A stretch of 41,407 nucleotides of DNA from Actinomycetota bacterium (GTDB lineage Bacteria > Actinomycetota > Actinomycetes > JAKEEW01), in the NCBI GenBank assembly GCA_046725875.1, contig JBKOZJ010000164.1:1-41407 (forward strand), in the 5' to 3' direction. The notes beneath the pieces are model-generated. The model saw nothing but the letters and a program-made list of their open reading frames with translations, did not search any database and had not been told where the DNA came from. Both the position numbers and the translations under genes were made by a program. Positions 7,315 to 16,201 of the stretch are shown here, piece by piece. How positions within the stretch are numbered: the first letter of the stretch is position 1; each line of letters begins with the position of its first letter.

Positions 7315-9009
7315 GTGGGGGTGAGCTTGGTGGCGGCCGACTGGGGCGCGGATGCGGCGGCGGCCGGCGGGCCGGACACGCCGCCGCCGCCGCGGCCGGA
7401 GCTGGAGGCCCTGGAGGCTGCGGTGTCGGTCGTGCTAGCCGGTGATCCGGGGCTGTGGGACGGCCGGTCGCTGGCCGACGAGGTGGCCCGGTTGGAGACG
7501 GTGATGGCCCGGCTGGCCGCCCGGCAGGTGGCCTGTGTCGCGGTGTTGGACGCCCGCGGCCACGCGCAGGGCTGGGGGTTCCGCTCCACCCAGGCGTGGC
7601 TGCGCGCCGCGGTCCGCATCGCGCCGGGCGCGGCGAAGGGCCTGCTCGGGTTGGCCCGGCGGCTGCACGGCAAGCAGGCCACCCCGGGCCGGGAGGCCAC
7701 CGCGGCGGCGTTCGCGGCGGGCCGGATCGGGGTGCCGCATGCGCAGCTGGTGACCCGGACGATGAGCGAGATCGGTGCGGTGTTCCCCGACCCCGAGCAG
7801 GCGGCCTGGATGGAGGCCGATCTGGTCGCGGTGGCCGAGCGGACCGACCCGCTGCGACTGGCCGGGGCCTGCCGGCGGCTGCGGATCGCGGCCGCCCCGG
7901 ACCGGGCGGTCGGCGACGACTGGGACGCCTTCGCCCGCCGGGAGTTGTCGATCGCGCAAACGTTCGGTGGGCTGGTCGCGATCCACGGAGTGCTGGACCC
8001 AATGGGCGGGGAGACCGTCGCCGCCGCCCTGCACGCGCTGTCCGCGCCGACCGGCGAGCCCGACGACCGGTCGCCCGGGCAGCGGCGCGCGGACGCGCTC
8101 ACCGAGATCTGCCGGCGGGTGCTCGCCGCCGGTGACCTGCCGCTGACCGGCGGGGAACGCCCGCAGGTCAACCTGACCGTCCCGGTCTGGGTGCTCGCCC
8201 GGCGGTGCACCGGCGGCCCGCCACCGCACGGCGACCCGATGGTCGGCGGATACCCGCACGGCAGGCCGCCCGCCGGCGACCGCGCCACCCCCGGCGGGAC
8301 CGACGGTCGGCCGCGCGACGGCACGACCGGTAACGGCATGCCCGACCCGCTCCCGGTCGCCGGTGGCGACGATCAGCGCGGCGACGGGCAGCCGCGCGAC
8401 GGCACGCCCGGTAACGGCGCGCCCGACCCGCTCCCGGTCGCCGATCCGGTCGCCGGTGGCGACGATCAGCTCGGCGACGGGCGGCCCGCGCCGTGGGATG
8501 ACGCTGACGCTCCGGCGGATCACGCCGACGGTCCGCGGGCGGGTGGACCGGTGCCGCCAGGACCACCGGGCCTGCCCTGGGACGGCGCCGCCGCAGAGAC
8601 CGGGGAGCTCGCCTGGGCCGGGCCGGTCTCCGATGAGCTGGTGCGCCGGATTCTGTGCGACGCTACCGTGCACCGGATCGTCGTCGACCCGGCGTCGCAG
8701 CCGCTAGACGTCGGCCGGGCCACCCGGGTGGTGCCGGCCGGGATGCGCCGGGCGGTCGCGCTGCGCGACCGGCACTGCCAGTGGCCCGGCTGCGACGTGC
8801 CCGCCGTCTGGTGTGAGGTCCACCACCTGCGTCACTGGAGCCGCGGCGGCCCCACCGCGGTCCACAACCTGGTCATGCTCTGCGGCCGGCACCACACCCA
8901 ACTCCACCTCGCGGGGATGATGCTCATCCGCCGCGCCCACGGACACATCGACCTCGCACCCGACCCCGACCACGACTACCACACCCACCACCCCGACCGC
9001 GGTCCCTAG
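7315..9009 (+). CDS. DUF222 (REP13E12-like) domain protein with C-terminal HNH endonuclease
   Basis: GFRSTQAWLR, DDRSPGQRRADAL, GGERPQVNLTV, RRILCDA, LDVGRATR, ALRDRHCQWPGC...CEVHHLRHWSRGGPTAVHNLVMLCGRHHTQLH. Start codon uncertain. Confidence 0.93.
   Translation: MGVSLVAADWGADAAAAGGPDTPPPPRPELEALEAAVSVVLAGDPGLWDGRSLADEVARLETVMARLAARQVACVAVLDARGHAQGWGFRSTQAWLRAAVRIAPGAAKGLLGLARRLHGKQATPGREATAAAFAAGRIGVPHAQLVTRTMSEIGAVFPDPEQAAWMEADLVAVAERTDPLRLAGACRRLRIAAAPDRAVGDDWDAFARRELSIAQTFGGLVAIHGVLDPMGGETVAAALHALSAPTGEPDDRSPGQRRADALTEICRRVLAAGDLPLTGGERPQVNLTVPVWVLARRCTGGPPPHGDPMVGGYPHGRPPAGDRATPGGTDGRPRDGTTGNGMPDPLPVAGGDDQRGDGQPRDGTPGNGAPDPLPVADPVAGGDDQLGDGRPAPWDDADAPADHADGPRAGGPVPPGPPGLPWDGAAAETGELAWAGPVSDELVRRILCDATVHRIVVDPASQPLDVGRATRVVPAGMRRAVALRDRHCQWPGCDVPAVWCEVHHLRHWSRGGPTAVHNLVMLCGRHHTQLHLAGMMLIRRAHGHIDLAPDPDHDYHTHHPDRGP
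8301..8480 (+). repeat. In-frame tandem duplication (81 bp and 93 bp units) in the DUF222-HNH linker
   Basis: DGRPRDGTTGNGMPDPLPVAGGDDQRG / DGQPRDGTPGNGAPDPLPVADPVAGGDDQLG. The second unit carries a 12-bp internal duplication. Confidence 0.9.
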
Positions 9010-9209
9010 CGCGGGTGACCCGCCCCAGCGTGGCCTAGCACGAGTTTGATCGAAGCTTTGCAGGTGTCCCTGTCAGCCCCCTCCAGTGCGCCCGTGACAC
9101 GGTGGCGAGCGCGCCGCGTCTGCGGGTCTTCACCGAGAGAGCTGGGACGGCCAGCGCTTGTCCCGCGAGTACTGAGAAGGCCGACGCCCGGCGTCTGCGC
9201 CCCGAGCCG

Positions 9210-9902
9210 CTACAAGCTCGCGGTCAGCAGCTGGCCGCCGTTGTCGTCGACAACGACGACGCCTGCGAGGCCTGCCTGGTGGGCGAGTTCAGCCAGCTCG
9301 TCGCCCTCATAGAAGTGGCCGCGACTTGCCAGCGGCTCGGGCGCGGCCGGCGTACCGCGCAGCGCGGGGGAGGTCGTGAAGAGGGCGAGGCGACCGGCCG
9401 GTTCGAGCACACGGCGGCACTCCCGTAGACCTGCGATGGGGTCGGGGAGGAAGAGAAACACAATCGACATCGCGACGGCGGTAAACGATGCATCCGCGAA
9501 GGGGAGCTGCTGGGCGGTGCCGAGGACGGCCGCCGCCCCAGGCGCCCGCTCACGGGCAAGGCGCACCATCTCCTCGCTGTGGTCGAGCCCGGTGACCTTC
9601 GCGCCCGAAGCCAGCGCGTCACGTAGGAGGAGTCCGCCGCCGCAGCCGACATCGAGCAACCGATCATTAGGCTCAAGGTGGAGGGCGTCGAGGATCGCGC
9701 GGCGTGCGAAGTCGTGTACGTCGTCGGCGCCGTAGACCTCACGCGCGCGGCGTCCTGCGGGCCGCCTCGCGACGCGGTCCGTAAGCCAGTCCTCGAACGC
9801 GTCCGCCGGAAGGTTACTCTGCTCCCACGCGACGAGATCGTCGTCACCGAGACCAAACTTCCGCAGCACCTCCGCGAAGCGGAGAGGTGGCTCGGTGCTC
9901 AT
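9210..9902 (-). CDS. Class I SAM-dependent methyltransferase (Methyltransf_11-like)
   Basis: LLDVGCGGG, GLDHSEEM, AQQLPFADASF and ECRRVLEPAGRL motifs. Confidence 0.9.
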   Translation of the reverse strand: MSTEPPLRFAEVLRKFGLGDDDLVAWEQSNLPADAFEDWLTDRVARRPAGRRAREVYGADDVHDFARRAILDALHLEPNDRLLDVGCGGGLLLRDALASGAKVTGLDHSEEMVRLARERAPGAAAVLGTAQQLPFADASFTAVAMSIVFLFLPDPIAGLRECRRVLEPAGRLALFTTSPALRGTPAAPEPLASRGHFYEGDELAELAHQAGLAGVVVVDDNGGQLLTASL

Positions 9903-9943
9903 GGGTCTGGACCCTCCCCGGGAGGTCGATCACGGCCCAGGTC

Positions 9944-9965
9944 GGTCGGCCGGCGGGGCTACTTT
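9944..9965 (+). promoter_or_regulatory. Near-consensus PafBC-type promoter upstream of the AlkZ-like gene
   Basis: GGTCGG-CCGGCGGGGC-TACTTT fits TGTCGG-N10-TAnnnT with one mismatch. Confidence 0.5.
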
Positions 9966-9992
9966 ACGGCCGAGGCGGGAGGCGGCGGGCGA

Positions 9993-11036
9993 ATGCAGAG
10001 AGGCGAGGAGCGAGTCCTGACGCAGCGGGAGCTGAATCGCGCGCTGCTCGCCCGGCAGTTCCTGCTCGAACGAGCTCAGATGCCGCTTCCGCGCTTGCTC
10101 GAGTGCATCGGTGGCATTCAGGCGCAGTACGCGCCGTCGATGTACATCGGCGTCTGGAGCCGGCTGAAAGGCTTCGAGCGGGACGAGCTGACCACGGCGC
10201 TGGAGAAGCGCGACGTCGTCCAGGGCTGGTTGATGCGGTCGACGATTCATCTGGTCTCGGCCGAGGACTACTGGCCGTTTGCTCTTGCAGTGCGAGACAT
10301 CCGCCGCGAGTGGTTCCTGCGTGCCTGGAAGAACGGCCCGACCGAGTCCGAGGTGGCGGCGGGTGCGAGGAAGCTGCGAAGGGCACTGAGCGAGAGCCCG
10401 CTCCGACAGCGGGACATCGATCACATGTTCAGCCGCGAGTTGCGCATCGGCGCGAGCTTTTGGGTGGACATGGTTCGCGTGCCGCCCTCAGGTACGTGGG
10501 AACGGCGGCGAGCGGACCTTTACGGCCTGGCAGAGGGCTGGCTCGGGCCGCCCAACGTCACGGTCGACGAGAGCGTCGAGCTGCTTGTCCGGCGGTATCT
10601 CGGCGCATTCGGGCCGGCGAGCCGAGCCGACATCAAGAGCTGGTCGGGTTTGCCTGTTGCGACCATCAAGAAGGTTCTCGATCGACTCGAGCTCGAGCGG
10701 TTCCGTGCCGAGGACGGAACTGAGTTGGTGGACATTCCTGATTCGCCGCTGCCGGACGGTGACACACCGGTGCCGGTCCGCTTCCTGCCAACCTGGGACG
10801 CAACGCTGCTCGTCCACGCGCGACGGACGCAGATCCTCCCCGAGGAGTACCGCACCCGGATTTTCAACTCCAAGAATCCGCAGTCCGTCCCGACCTTCCT
10901 CGTCGACGGGCAGGTGGCCGGAAGCTGGCGCTACGAGGACAGCCGTATCCACCTCGACCCGTTCGTGCCACTGCCCCCGCGAGTTCGGCGGGAGCTCGCC
11001 GACGAAGCCGAACGGCTAACGGCATTCCACGCCTGA
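9993..11036 (+). CDS. AlkZ-like (HTH_42 winged-helix) DNA glycosylase
   Basis: LNRALLARQFLL, GIQAQY (QxQ motif), LMRSTIHLV, RRYLGAFGPAS, VRFLPTWD and FLVDGQVAGSW. ATG 9993 chosen because the longer ORF from 9678 overlaps the divergent gene. Confidence 0.88.
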   Translation: MQRGEERVLTQRELNRALLARQFLLERAQMPLPRLLECIGGIQAQYAPSMYIGVWSRLKGFERDELTTALEKRDVVQGWLMRSTIHLVSAEDYWPFALAVRDIRREWFLRAWKNGPTESEVAAGARKLRRALSESPLRQRDIDHMFSRELRIGASFWVDMVRVPPSGTWERRRADLYGLAEGWLGPPNVTVDESVELLVRRYLGAFGPASRADIKSWSGLPVATIKKVLDRLELERFRAEDGTELVDIPDSPLPDGDTPVPVRFLPTWDATLLVHARRTQILPEEYRTRIFNSKNPQSVPTFLVDGQVAGSWRYEDSRIHLDPFVPLPPRVRRELADEAERLTAFHA

Positions 11037-11104
11037 TGCCAAGTTCGACGACGGTCAGGATGAAGCGGAACCGACGCGCGGTGCCTCGACGGTAGGGTCG
11101 CAGG

Positions 11105-11599
11105 GTGCCGTGGCTGCCCCCTGACTTCGTACCTCCAGATCGCGCCGAGCTCGGTGACGGTTTCCACCTGCGGTCGATCACGGCAGCCGACGTGGATCTC
11201 GACTATCCGGCGGTGATGAGCTCCCGAGAGCGCCTTTGGTCGATCTTTGGCGAGGCCTGGGGTTGGCCGCCATCCACAATGACCTACGAGCAGGATCGCG
11301 CCGACCTCGCCCGCCATGAGGTGGAGATAAAGGCGCATGAGTCCTTCAACTACGCGCTCTTCAATGCGGGGGAGACAGCGCTGCTCGGCTGCGTGTATAT
11401 CGACCCTCCCGAGAAGGTTGGCGCCGACGCCGAGATCTCCTGGTGGGTGGTGGACGAGCACGCCGGAGGCGACCTCGAGCACTACCTAGATGACTTCGTG
11501 CCCCGATGGATCACGGCTGCCTGGCCATTCCAGGCCCCTCGATATATAGGTCGCGATCTCTCGTGGAAGGACTGGCGGGCACTTCCCGCTCTCGACTAG
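11105..11599 (+). CDS. GNAT-fold N-acetyltransferase (RimJ-like, uncharacterised)
   Basis: WLPPDFVPP, DVDLDYPAVMSSRERL, SFNYAL, LLGCVYIDPP and AWPF. TAGGGT lies 6 nt before the GTG. Confidence 0.75.
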   Translation: MPWLPPDFVPPDRAELGDGFHLRSITAADVDLDYPAVMSSRERLWSIFGEAWGWPPSTMTYEQDRADLARHEVEIKAHESFNYALFNAGETALLGCVYIDPPEKVGADAEISWWVVDEHAGGDLEHYLDDFVPRWITAAWPFQAPRYIGRDLSWKDWRALPALD

Positions 11600-11715
11600 C
11601 GGGCAGGACCCAGCGATTCGGGCGCCCAGAACGGCGCATGACATTGTCGCCGACACCCAGAGCGCGGTCGTGGAGCAGCGTCCTGAACGGAGTTGAGCGG
11701 CCTGCGCTCGCGCAG

Positions 11716-12048
11716 CTATTTCGCGGGAAGTGAGCGCGCGTAAGCGATGCCGAGCTTCACCCACCTGGCCAGCTGCCGTTTGGTCTGGACGTCGTCGGCG
11801 TCCACCCGCAGCCAACCCTGCATTTCCCGGCCGCGCATCTCCATGGGGTGAGCGGTCGTCGACGCGGCGAGTGTTTCCGACTCGGCCGGATCCACCCGAA
11901 CTAGGACGCCACCCTGGCTGCTCGCCGCGACTGCCATGTTGCCGTGGATCATGAAGGCGAGACCGCCGAACATCTTCTTCTCGGACAGGCCCGGCTCGCC
12001 GCCGACGAGTTCGCGGATGCGGTTGGCGAGCTCCTTGTCGTACGCCAC
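11716..12048 (-). CDS. TfoX/Sxy N-terminal domain protein
   Basis: MAYDKELANRIRE..EKKMFGGLAFMIHGNM..MQGWLRV..YARSLPAK. Confidence 0.9.
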   Translation of the reverse strand: MAYDKELANRIRELVGGEPGLSEKKMFGGLAFMIHGNMAVAASSQGGVLVRVDPAESETLAASTTAHPMEMRGREMQGWLRVDADDVQTKRQLARWVKLGIAYARSLPAK

Positions 12049-12074
12049 GGAACGGATGGTACCGGCGACCTCGC

Positions 12075-12974
12075 TTAATCGGAGGCAGAGCGCAGGTACT
12101 GCGCGATCGCACTCAGGTCGGCTTGGCCGAAGCCGGCGGCGACGGCGCGGTCCACCGTCTCGCTGCTGGCCGACGCTTGTGGCATTGGGGCGCCGACCTG
12201 CCCCGCGAGGTCAAGGATCAGATCGTAGTCTTTCGCGACGAGGTCGAGGCTGAACGCTACCGGCGTCTCATCAGGCCGTTCGTACGCGGTCCGCTTATAG
12301 AGCACGAAAGGGGCGGCCGCAACGCTGGACGCGAACACCTCGTAGGCATCGGTCCGAGCGATGCCGGCTTTCTCGGCGAGCCCGAGTGCCTCCGAGATCG
12401 CCTGGTTGAGTGCGTGCACGATAGCGTTGATAGCAAGCTTCATCGCCGCGCCTGTGCCATGGTCGCCCATGTGGAAGATCCGCTTGGCGAGCAGGCCGAG
12501 TACGGGTCTTGCGATATCGAGTTCTTCGGCCCGGCCACCGGCCATGACCGTAAGCTCTCCGCGCTCGACCACGGGAACACTCCCGGAAACCGGGGTGTCG
12601 AGATGGCCGGCACCGGATTTCCCAACCAGTTGAGCCATTCGCTGGGCGGTCTGCGGGGCGATCGTGCTGGTGTCAGCTACGACGGTGCCGGGCTTCAGGC
12701 CTGCGACGATCCCGTCGTCACCGGCGTAGGTCTCCTCTACCGCGCGGTCGTCGGCAAGCGAGACCAAGATCACGTCGGCCAAGCCGGCTGCATCTCGCGC
12801 CGTGCCCGCCACGGTGCAGCCCGAAGCGGCGGCAATATCCGCGGCTCGGGCCCGTGTTCGGTTGAAGACCACGACAGCAGCACCCAGGGAACGCAGCCGC
12901 GTCGCCATCGCGGCGCCCATCCGGCCGGTGCCGACGACCGCGACCCCGACTCGGCCGGTCACGTCAGCAGCCAC
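12075..12974 (-). CDS. NAD(P)-dependent beta-hydroxyacid dehydrogenase (3-hydroxyisobutyrate DH family)
   Basis: VGTGRMGAAMA, DTSTIAP, LDTPVSGS, LTVMAGG, catalytic GAAMKLAIN and KD motifs. Alternative start GTG 12962 would give a GTGA overlap with the SDR stop. Confidence 0.92.
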   Translation of the reverse strand: MAADVTGRVGVAVVGTGRMGAAMATRLRSLGAAVVVFNRTRARAADIAAASGCTVAGTARDAAGLADVILVSLADDRAVEETYAGDDGIVAGLKPGTVVADTSTIAPQTAQRMAQLVGKSGAGHLDTPVSGSVPVVERGELTVMAGGRAEELDIARPVLGLLAKRIFHMGDHGTGAAMKLAINAIVHALNQAISEALGLAEKAGIARTDAYEVFASSVAAAPFVLYKRTAYERPDETPVAFSLDLVAKDYDLILDLAGQVGAPMPQASASSETVDRAVAAGFGQADLSAIAQYLRSASD

Positions 12975-13846
12975 CCGCCATCGACGTGCAAATGAACGCC
13001 GTTCACTGCCGGGTTGGACAGCAGGAACTCCACCGCATGTGCGATATCGCTCATCTTTGCCAGCCGTCCCAACGGCGTCCGGCTGATCACGTGATCCAGC
13101 GGTTTGCCTCTCCAGTAGGGGCTGTTCCCGACGATCCCCGGGTGGATCGCGTTGACCCGGATCGGCGCAAGCTCGGTCGCGAGCGTGTGAACCAGTCCGG
13201 TGATCCCTCCATTGACTGTCGACACTGTCGTCGAGCCCGGGTAGGGGCGGTCCTTCGCCAGCCCGCCGAAGAGGACGATCGCGCCATCATCCGGCATCCG
13301 ATCCACAAGCTGATGAACGACCTCGGTGTAGCCGACGAGTTTCAGCGTCACCAGCCGGACCGCACGCGCGATGTCGTAGTCGCGAACCGTGTTCGTATCC
13401 CGCTCGATAGCCGCGAGCACAAGATGGTCAACCCGCTCGATATCGGCAAGTCGGTCCCCGATCTGGGCAGGCTCGGCGAGGTCGAGGGATATCCCGCGAA
13501 CGGCAGGGAGGCTCTGGGTCGTGGCCCCCGTCGGCACCATTGGGGGATTCTGAGGGGTCGCCCCCCCTGTGGGCACCATGCCGGCGATTTCCTTCGCCAC
13601 CAGTTCGGCCCGTTCGGACGCTCGCCCGGTGATTGTCACCTCGTCGCCACGGTCGGCAGCTCGCTGGGCAAGCTCGCGCCCGATGCCGGACGTTCCACCG
13701 ATGACGAGCATCGACCTTCGGCCGCTGGTGGAGTCTGACAGAGTCGTCGCGCCGGCGAAGCCGGCGGCCGGGTCGGGGGCGTCCGTCCGCGCTGGTGGCT
13801 CGGCGCGGGGCTCGTGGGGGGTCGTCCCCCCTAGCTGCTCAGCCAT
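12959..13846 (-). CDS. Atypical short-chain dehydrogenase/reductase
   Basis: IGGTSGIG, ELAPIRVNAIHPG, TPLGR and NGVHLHVDGG. The canonical YxxxK position reads VSTVN. Confidence 0.88.
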   Translation of the reverse strand: MAEQLGGTTPHEPRAEPPARTDAPDPAAGFAGATTLSDSTSGRRSMLVIGGTSGIGRELAQRAADRGDEVTITGRASERAELVAKEIAGMVPTGGATPQNPPMVPTGATTQSLPAVRGISLDLAEPAQIGDRLADIERVDHLVLAAIERDTNTVRDYDIARAVRLVTLKLVGYTEVVHQLVDRMPDDGAIVLFGGLAKDRPYPGSTTVSTVNGGITGLVHTLATELAPIRVNAIHPGIVGNSPYWRGKPLDHVISRTPLGRLAKMSDIAHAVEFLLSNPAVNGVHLHVDGGWLLT

Positions 13847-14744
13847 CTCCGGTCACTGTCCTCAGGTAGTCCCAGTCCCGAGCGAAGCGGTAGGAGTGTC
13901 GCGACGGCGGCTGCGGCGACTGCGTTTCAAGCCAGCGCAGCGGTCCGCCGCCGAGGTTACGAAAGCCGTGTACGCAACCGACGCCAGCCCACGCCACGTC
14001 GCCCGGGCCGAGCGGGTAAACCTCGCCCTCGAAGGTTGCCTCTGCTACTCCCTCGAGGAAGTAGTACGTCTCCTCGAACGGATGATCATGCCGCCCAGCC
14101 ACACCATCCGGCGCGTACTGCACCATGAACATCGTCGTGAGGTCGGCCCCGAGATCCGAGTCGACCATCATCTTGACGGTGATGCCGCTGTACACGAGCA
14201 GGGCCGTGCGCGAGCTTGCCGACACGGCAAGCATTTCCTGGCTCTGCTTGGTGACGTCCATGTGGGCCGGGGTTATGTTGCCGAACCGCCTCGTCCGTGG
14301 ATCCCGTACATCCATCCGGACCGGGTCGCCGGCCGCGAGTGCGGGCACGAGCTGCGTGTCGTCGTCGCGCCGCGCTCGTGGCGTCGGCCCCTGCATTTCC
14401 GCCCACCGCGCCAGCTCCCGTCGCAGGTTGCGCCACTGATGAGGTACGCCCACCGGGAGCAGGCCGTAGTCGCCGGGCTCCACCTCGTGCGACCCGTCCG
14501 GAGTGTCCACGACCGCGGTGCCCTCCACGACGTAGAAGCTCTCCTCGAATGAATGGACGTGCGGCGGCAAGGAGCCACCGGGGGCGAGCTCGCAGATGCC
14601 GAAGCCGGTATGCACCGCGCCGGCCTCCTCGCCCACGACAGTCCACCTCTGGTATCCCTCGGCGCCGGCGGCCCAGGTGTCGGGTTTAGCGAAGTCCGCG
14701 TCGGCCGCCAGGCGCACGAGGTGGCCAGCCCGGAAAGCGCTCAC
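13839..14744 (-). CDS. Bicupin protein with two metal-binding motifs
   Basis: PHVHSFEESFYVVEG...GVPH and RHDHPFEETYYFLEG...GCVH. GTG at 14744 overlaps the amidohydrolase TGA (GTGA). Confidence 0.88.
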   Translation of the reverse strand: MSAFRAGHLVRLAADADFAKPDTWAAGAEGYQRWTVVGEEAGAVHTGFGICELAPGGSLPPHVHSFEESFYVVEGTAVVDTPDGSHEVEPGDYGLLPVGVPHQWRNLRRELARWAEMQGPTPRARRDDDTQLVPALAAGDPVRMDVRDPRTRRFGNITPAHMDVTKQSQEMLAVSASSRTALLVYSGITVKMMVDSDLGADLTTMFMVQYAPDGVAGRHDHPFEETYYFLEGVAEATFEGEVYPLGPGDVAWAGVGCVHGFRNLGGGPLRWLETQSPQPPSRHSYRFARDWDYLRTVTGDG

Positions 14745-16153
14745 GTCGCGGCAGCCTTGCGGCGGGCGGTCTCGGCGAGCAGGTAATCCCTGGACTCCTC
14801 TACAAGGCGCCGAGCCCGGTCGGTGTCCGCGACCAACCTGCCGTCGCGCTTGCGGAACTGCCCGTCGATGATCACGTTGTCGACGTTGGAGACGTCGGCG
14901 CACAGGGTCACCGCGGCGACCGGGTCGATTATCGGCGCGACGTTGAGCTGCCGGGCGTCGATGAGGACGATGTCGGCCTTCTTGCCCGGGGTGAGCGAGC
15001 CGGTTCGATCCTCGAGCCCGACTGTGTGGGCGCCGTTCACGGTGGCTATCTGCAACAGCTGGCGAGCGGTCAGCAGGCCTTCGGCCGGCTCGTTGCGCTC
15101 CCAGAACACTGCGTTCATCCGGGCGCGCTCAGCGCCGAAGGCAGCCCGCATCTGCGTGAACATGTCGCCGGGAACGGTCGTAACCACGTCGACCGACAGG
15201 CTCGGGCGCAGGCCGTACTCGATCGCCTTCATCACCGGCGGCCACCCGTGGCCCATCTGAGTCTCGACCTGGGGGGCAATGGAGATGGTTCCTCCGCTGT
15301 CGCGTACGAGCCTCCACTCCTCGTCGCTGAAGTAGCAGCAGTGGATATAGGTCGTGTCGGAACCAATCTCTTCGCCGATCAGACCGAGGCCGCTGAGCTG
15401 CTTGATCATCTCGAATCGCCCGGCGAGCCGGCCCATTCCGACGTGCACCGTGATCGGAATGCCGAGCTCGCGGGCGAGCCCCCACTCGGTGCGCACGACA
15501 TCCTCCAGGCAGAACCCGGGACCACGGGTTGCAAGGGCCATCGTGAGCAGGCCGTCGTCGGAGGAGAAGTACGTGTCCCGGATCCGCCGCACGTCGTCCG
15601 GTGGCACGCAGAGCTTGCTCTCGAACCAGTAGTCGGACAGCGACGTGTTCGCGCTGCCGTACGCATACTGCGCACGGATGCCGGACTCCCGCAACGCGCT
15701 GATCCCCGCATCCGGGTGGTCGGGCGTGTTGTTGATATGGGACCAGTCGACCAGCGTCGTGATGCCGGCGTTGATGCACTCCAGGGCACCGGCCAGGTTG
15801 GAGGCGTAGACATCCTCGGCTCGGTAGGCCGGTGCGAACGTGTCCAGCACCTCGACGAAGTAGTCGTCCAGAGTGGCGTCTGGTGCGCAGCCACGGATGG
15901 CCGTTTCCCAAACGTGGCGATGGCTGTCGATGAAGCCCGGGATCACGATGAATCCGCTGGCGTCGACCACGGCGGCGTCGACAGCGCCCGCGTCAACAGC
16001 ACCTGCGTCGCCGGCACTGGCCTCGGCTCCGATCTCGGGCTGAACTGCGACGATCCTGTCGTCCTCGATGAGAACGTCGCCCTGCGGCAAGTCTCCGATC
16101 GTCGGGTCCATCGACAGGACGGTGCCGCCACGGATAAGCGTCTTCGTACCCAC
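14741..16153 (-). CDS. Metal-dependent amidohydrolase (MTA/SAH-deaminase/AtzA-like clan)
   Basis: IPGFIDSHRH (HxH), AGITT, ITVHVG, YIHC, LSVDV, GDMF and GSLTPGKKADIV. AAGGAG RBS. Confidence 0.92.
   Translation of the reverse strand: MGTKTLIRGGTVLSMDPTIGDLPQGDVLIEDDRIVAVQPEIGAEASAGDAGAVDAGAVDAAVVDASGFIVIPGFIDSHRHVWETAIRGCAPDATLDDYFVEVLDTFAPAYRAEDVYASNLAGALECINAGITTLVDWSHINNTPDHPDAGISALRESGIRAQYAYGSANTSLSDYWFESKLCVPPDDVRRIRDTYFSSDDGLLTMALATRGPGFCLEDVVRTEWGLARELGIPITVHVGMGRLAGRFEMIKQLSGLGLIGEEIGSDTTYIHCCYFSDEEWRLVRDSGGTISIAPQVETQMGHGWPPVMKAIEYGLRPSLSVDVVTTVPGDMFTQMRAAFGAERARMNAVFWERNEPAEGLLTARQLLQIATVNGAHTVGLEDRTGSLTPGKKADIVLIDARQLNVAPIIDPVAAVTLCADVSNVDNVIIDGQFRKRDGRLVADTDRARRLVEESRDYLLAETARRKAAAT
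15960..16019 (-). repeat. Degenerate 15-bp in-frame repeat (AGAVD-like) in the amidohydrolase
   Basis: gcgtcgaccacggcg / gcgtcgacagcgccc / gcgtcaacagcacct / gcgtcgccggcactg, encoding SAGDAGAVDAGAVDAAVVDA. Confidence 0.75.
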
Positions 16154-16201
16154 ATGCAGCTCCTTTGCAGCTCCCCTGCATAACAGGGCCGGGAGGGTTG
16201 T

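Noticed and set aside
7204..9209. IS-type boundaries around the DUF222-HNH gene
   Set aside because: No terminal inverted repeats, target-site duplication or DDE/HUH transposase motif found by eye, so it is not called a mobile element.
9678..9992. Long N-terminal extensions given by the ORF track (AlkZ; likewise cupin 14903, ABC 22235, pstS 26823, pstA 28361, metG 35263, rpfB-2 39683)
   Set aside because: They overlap neighbouring genes or promoters. Downstream starts fit family N-termini, RBS/-10 positions or stop-start coupling better.
11600..11715. Gene remnant between the GNAT and tfoX
   Set aside because: Translations are short and give no convincing family motif.
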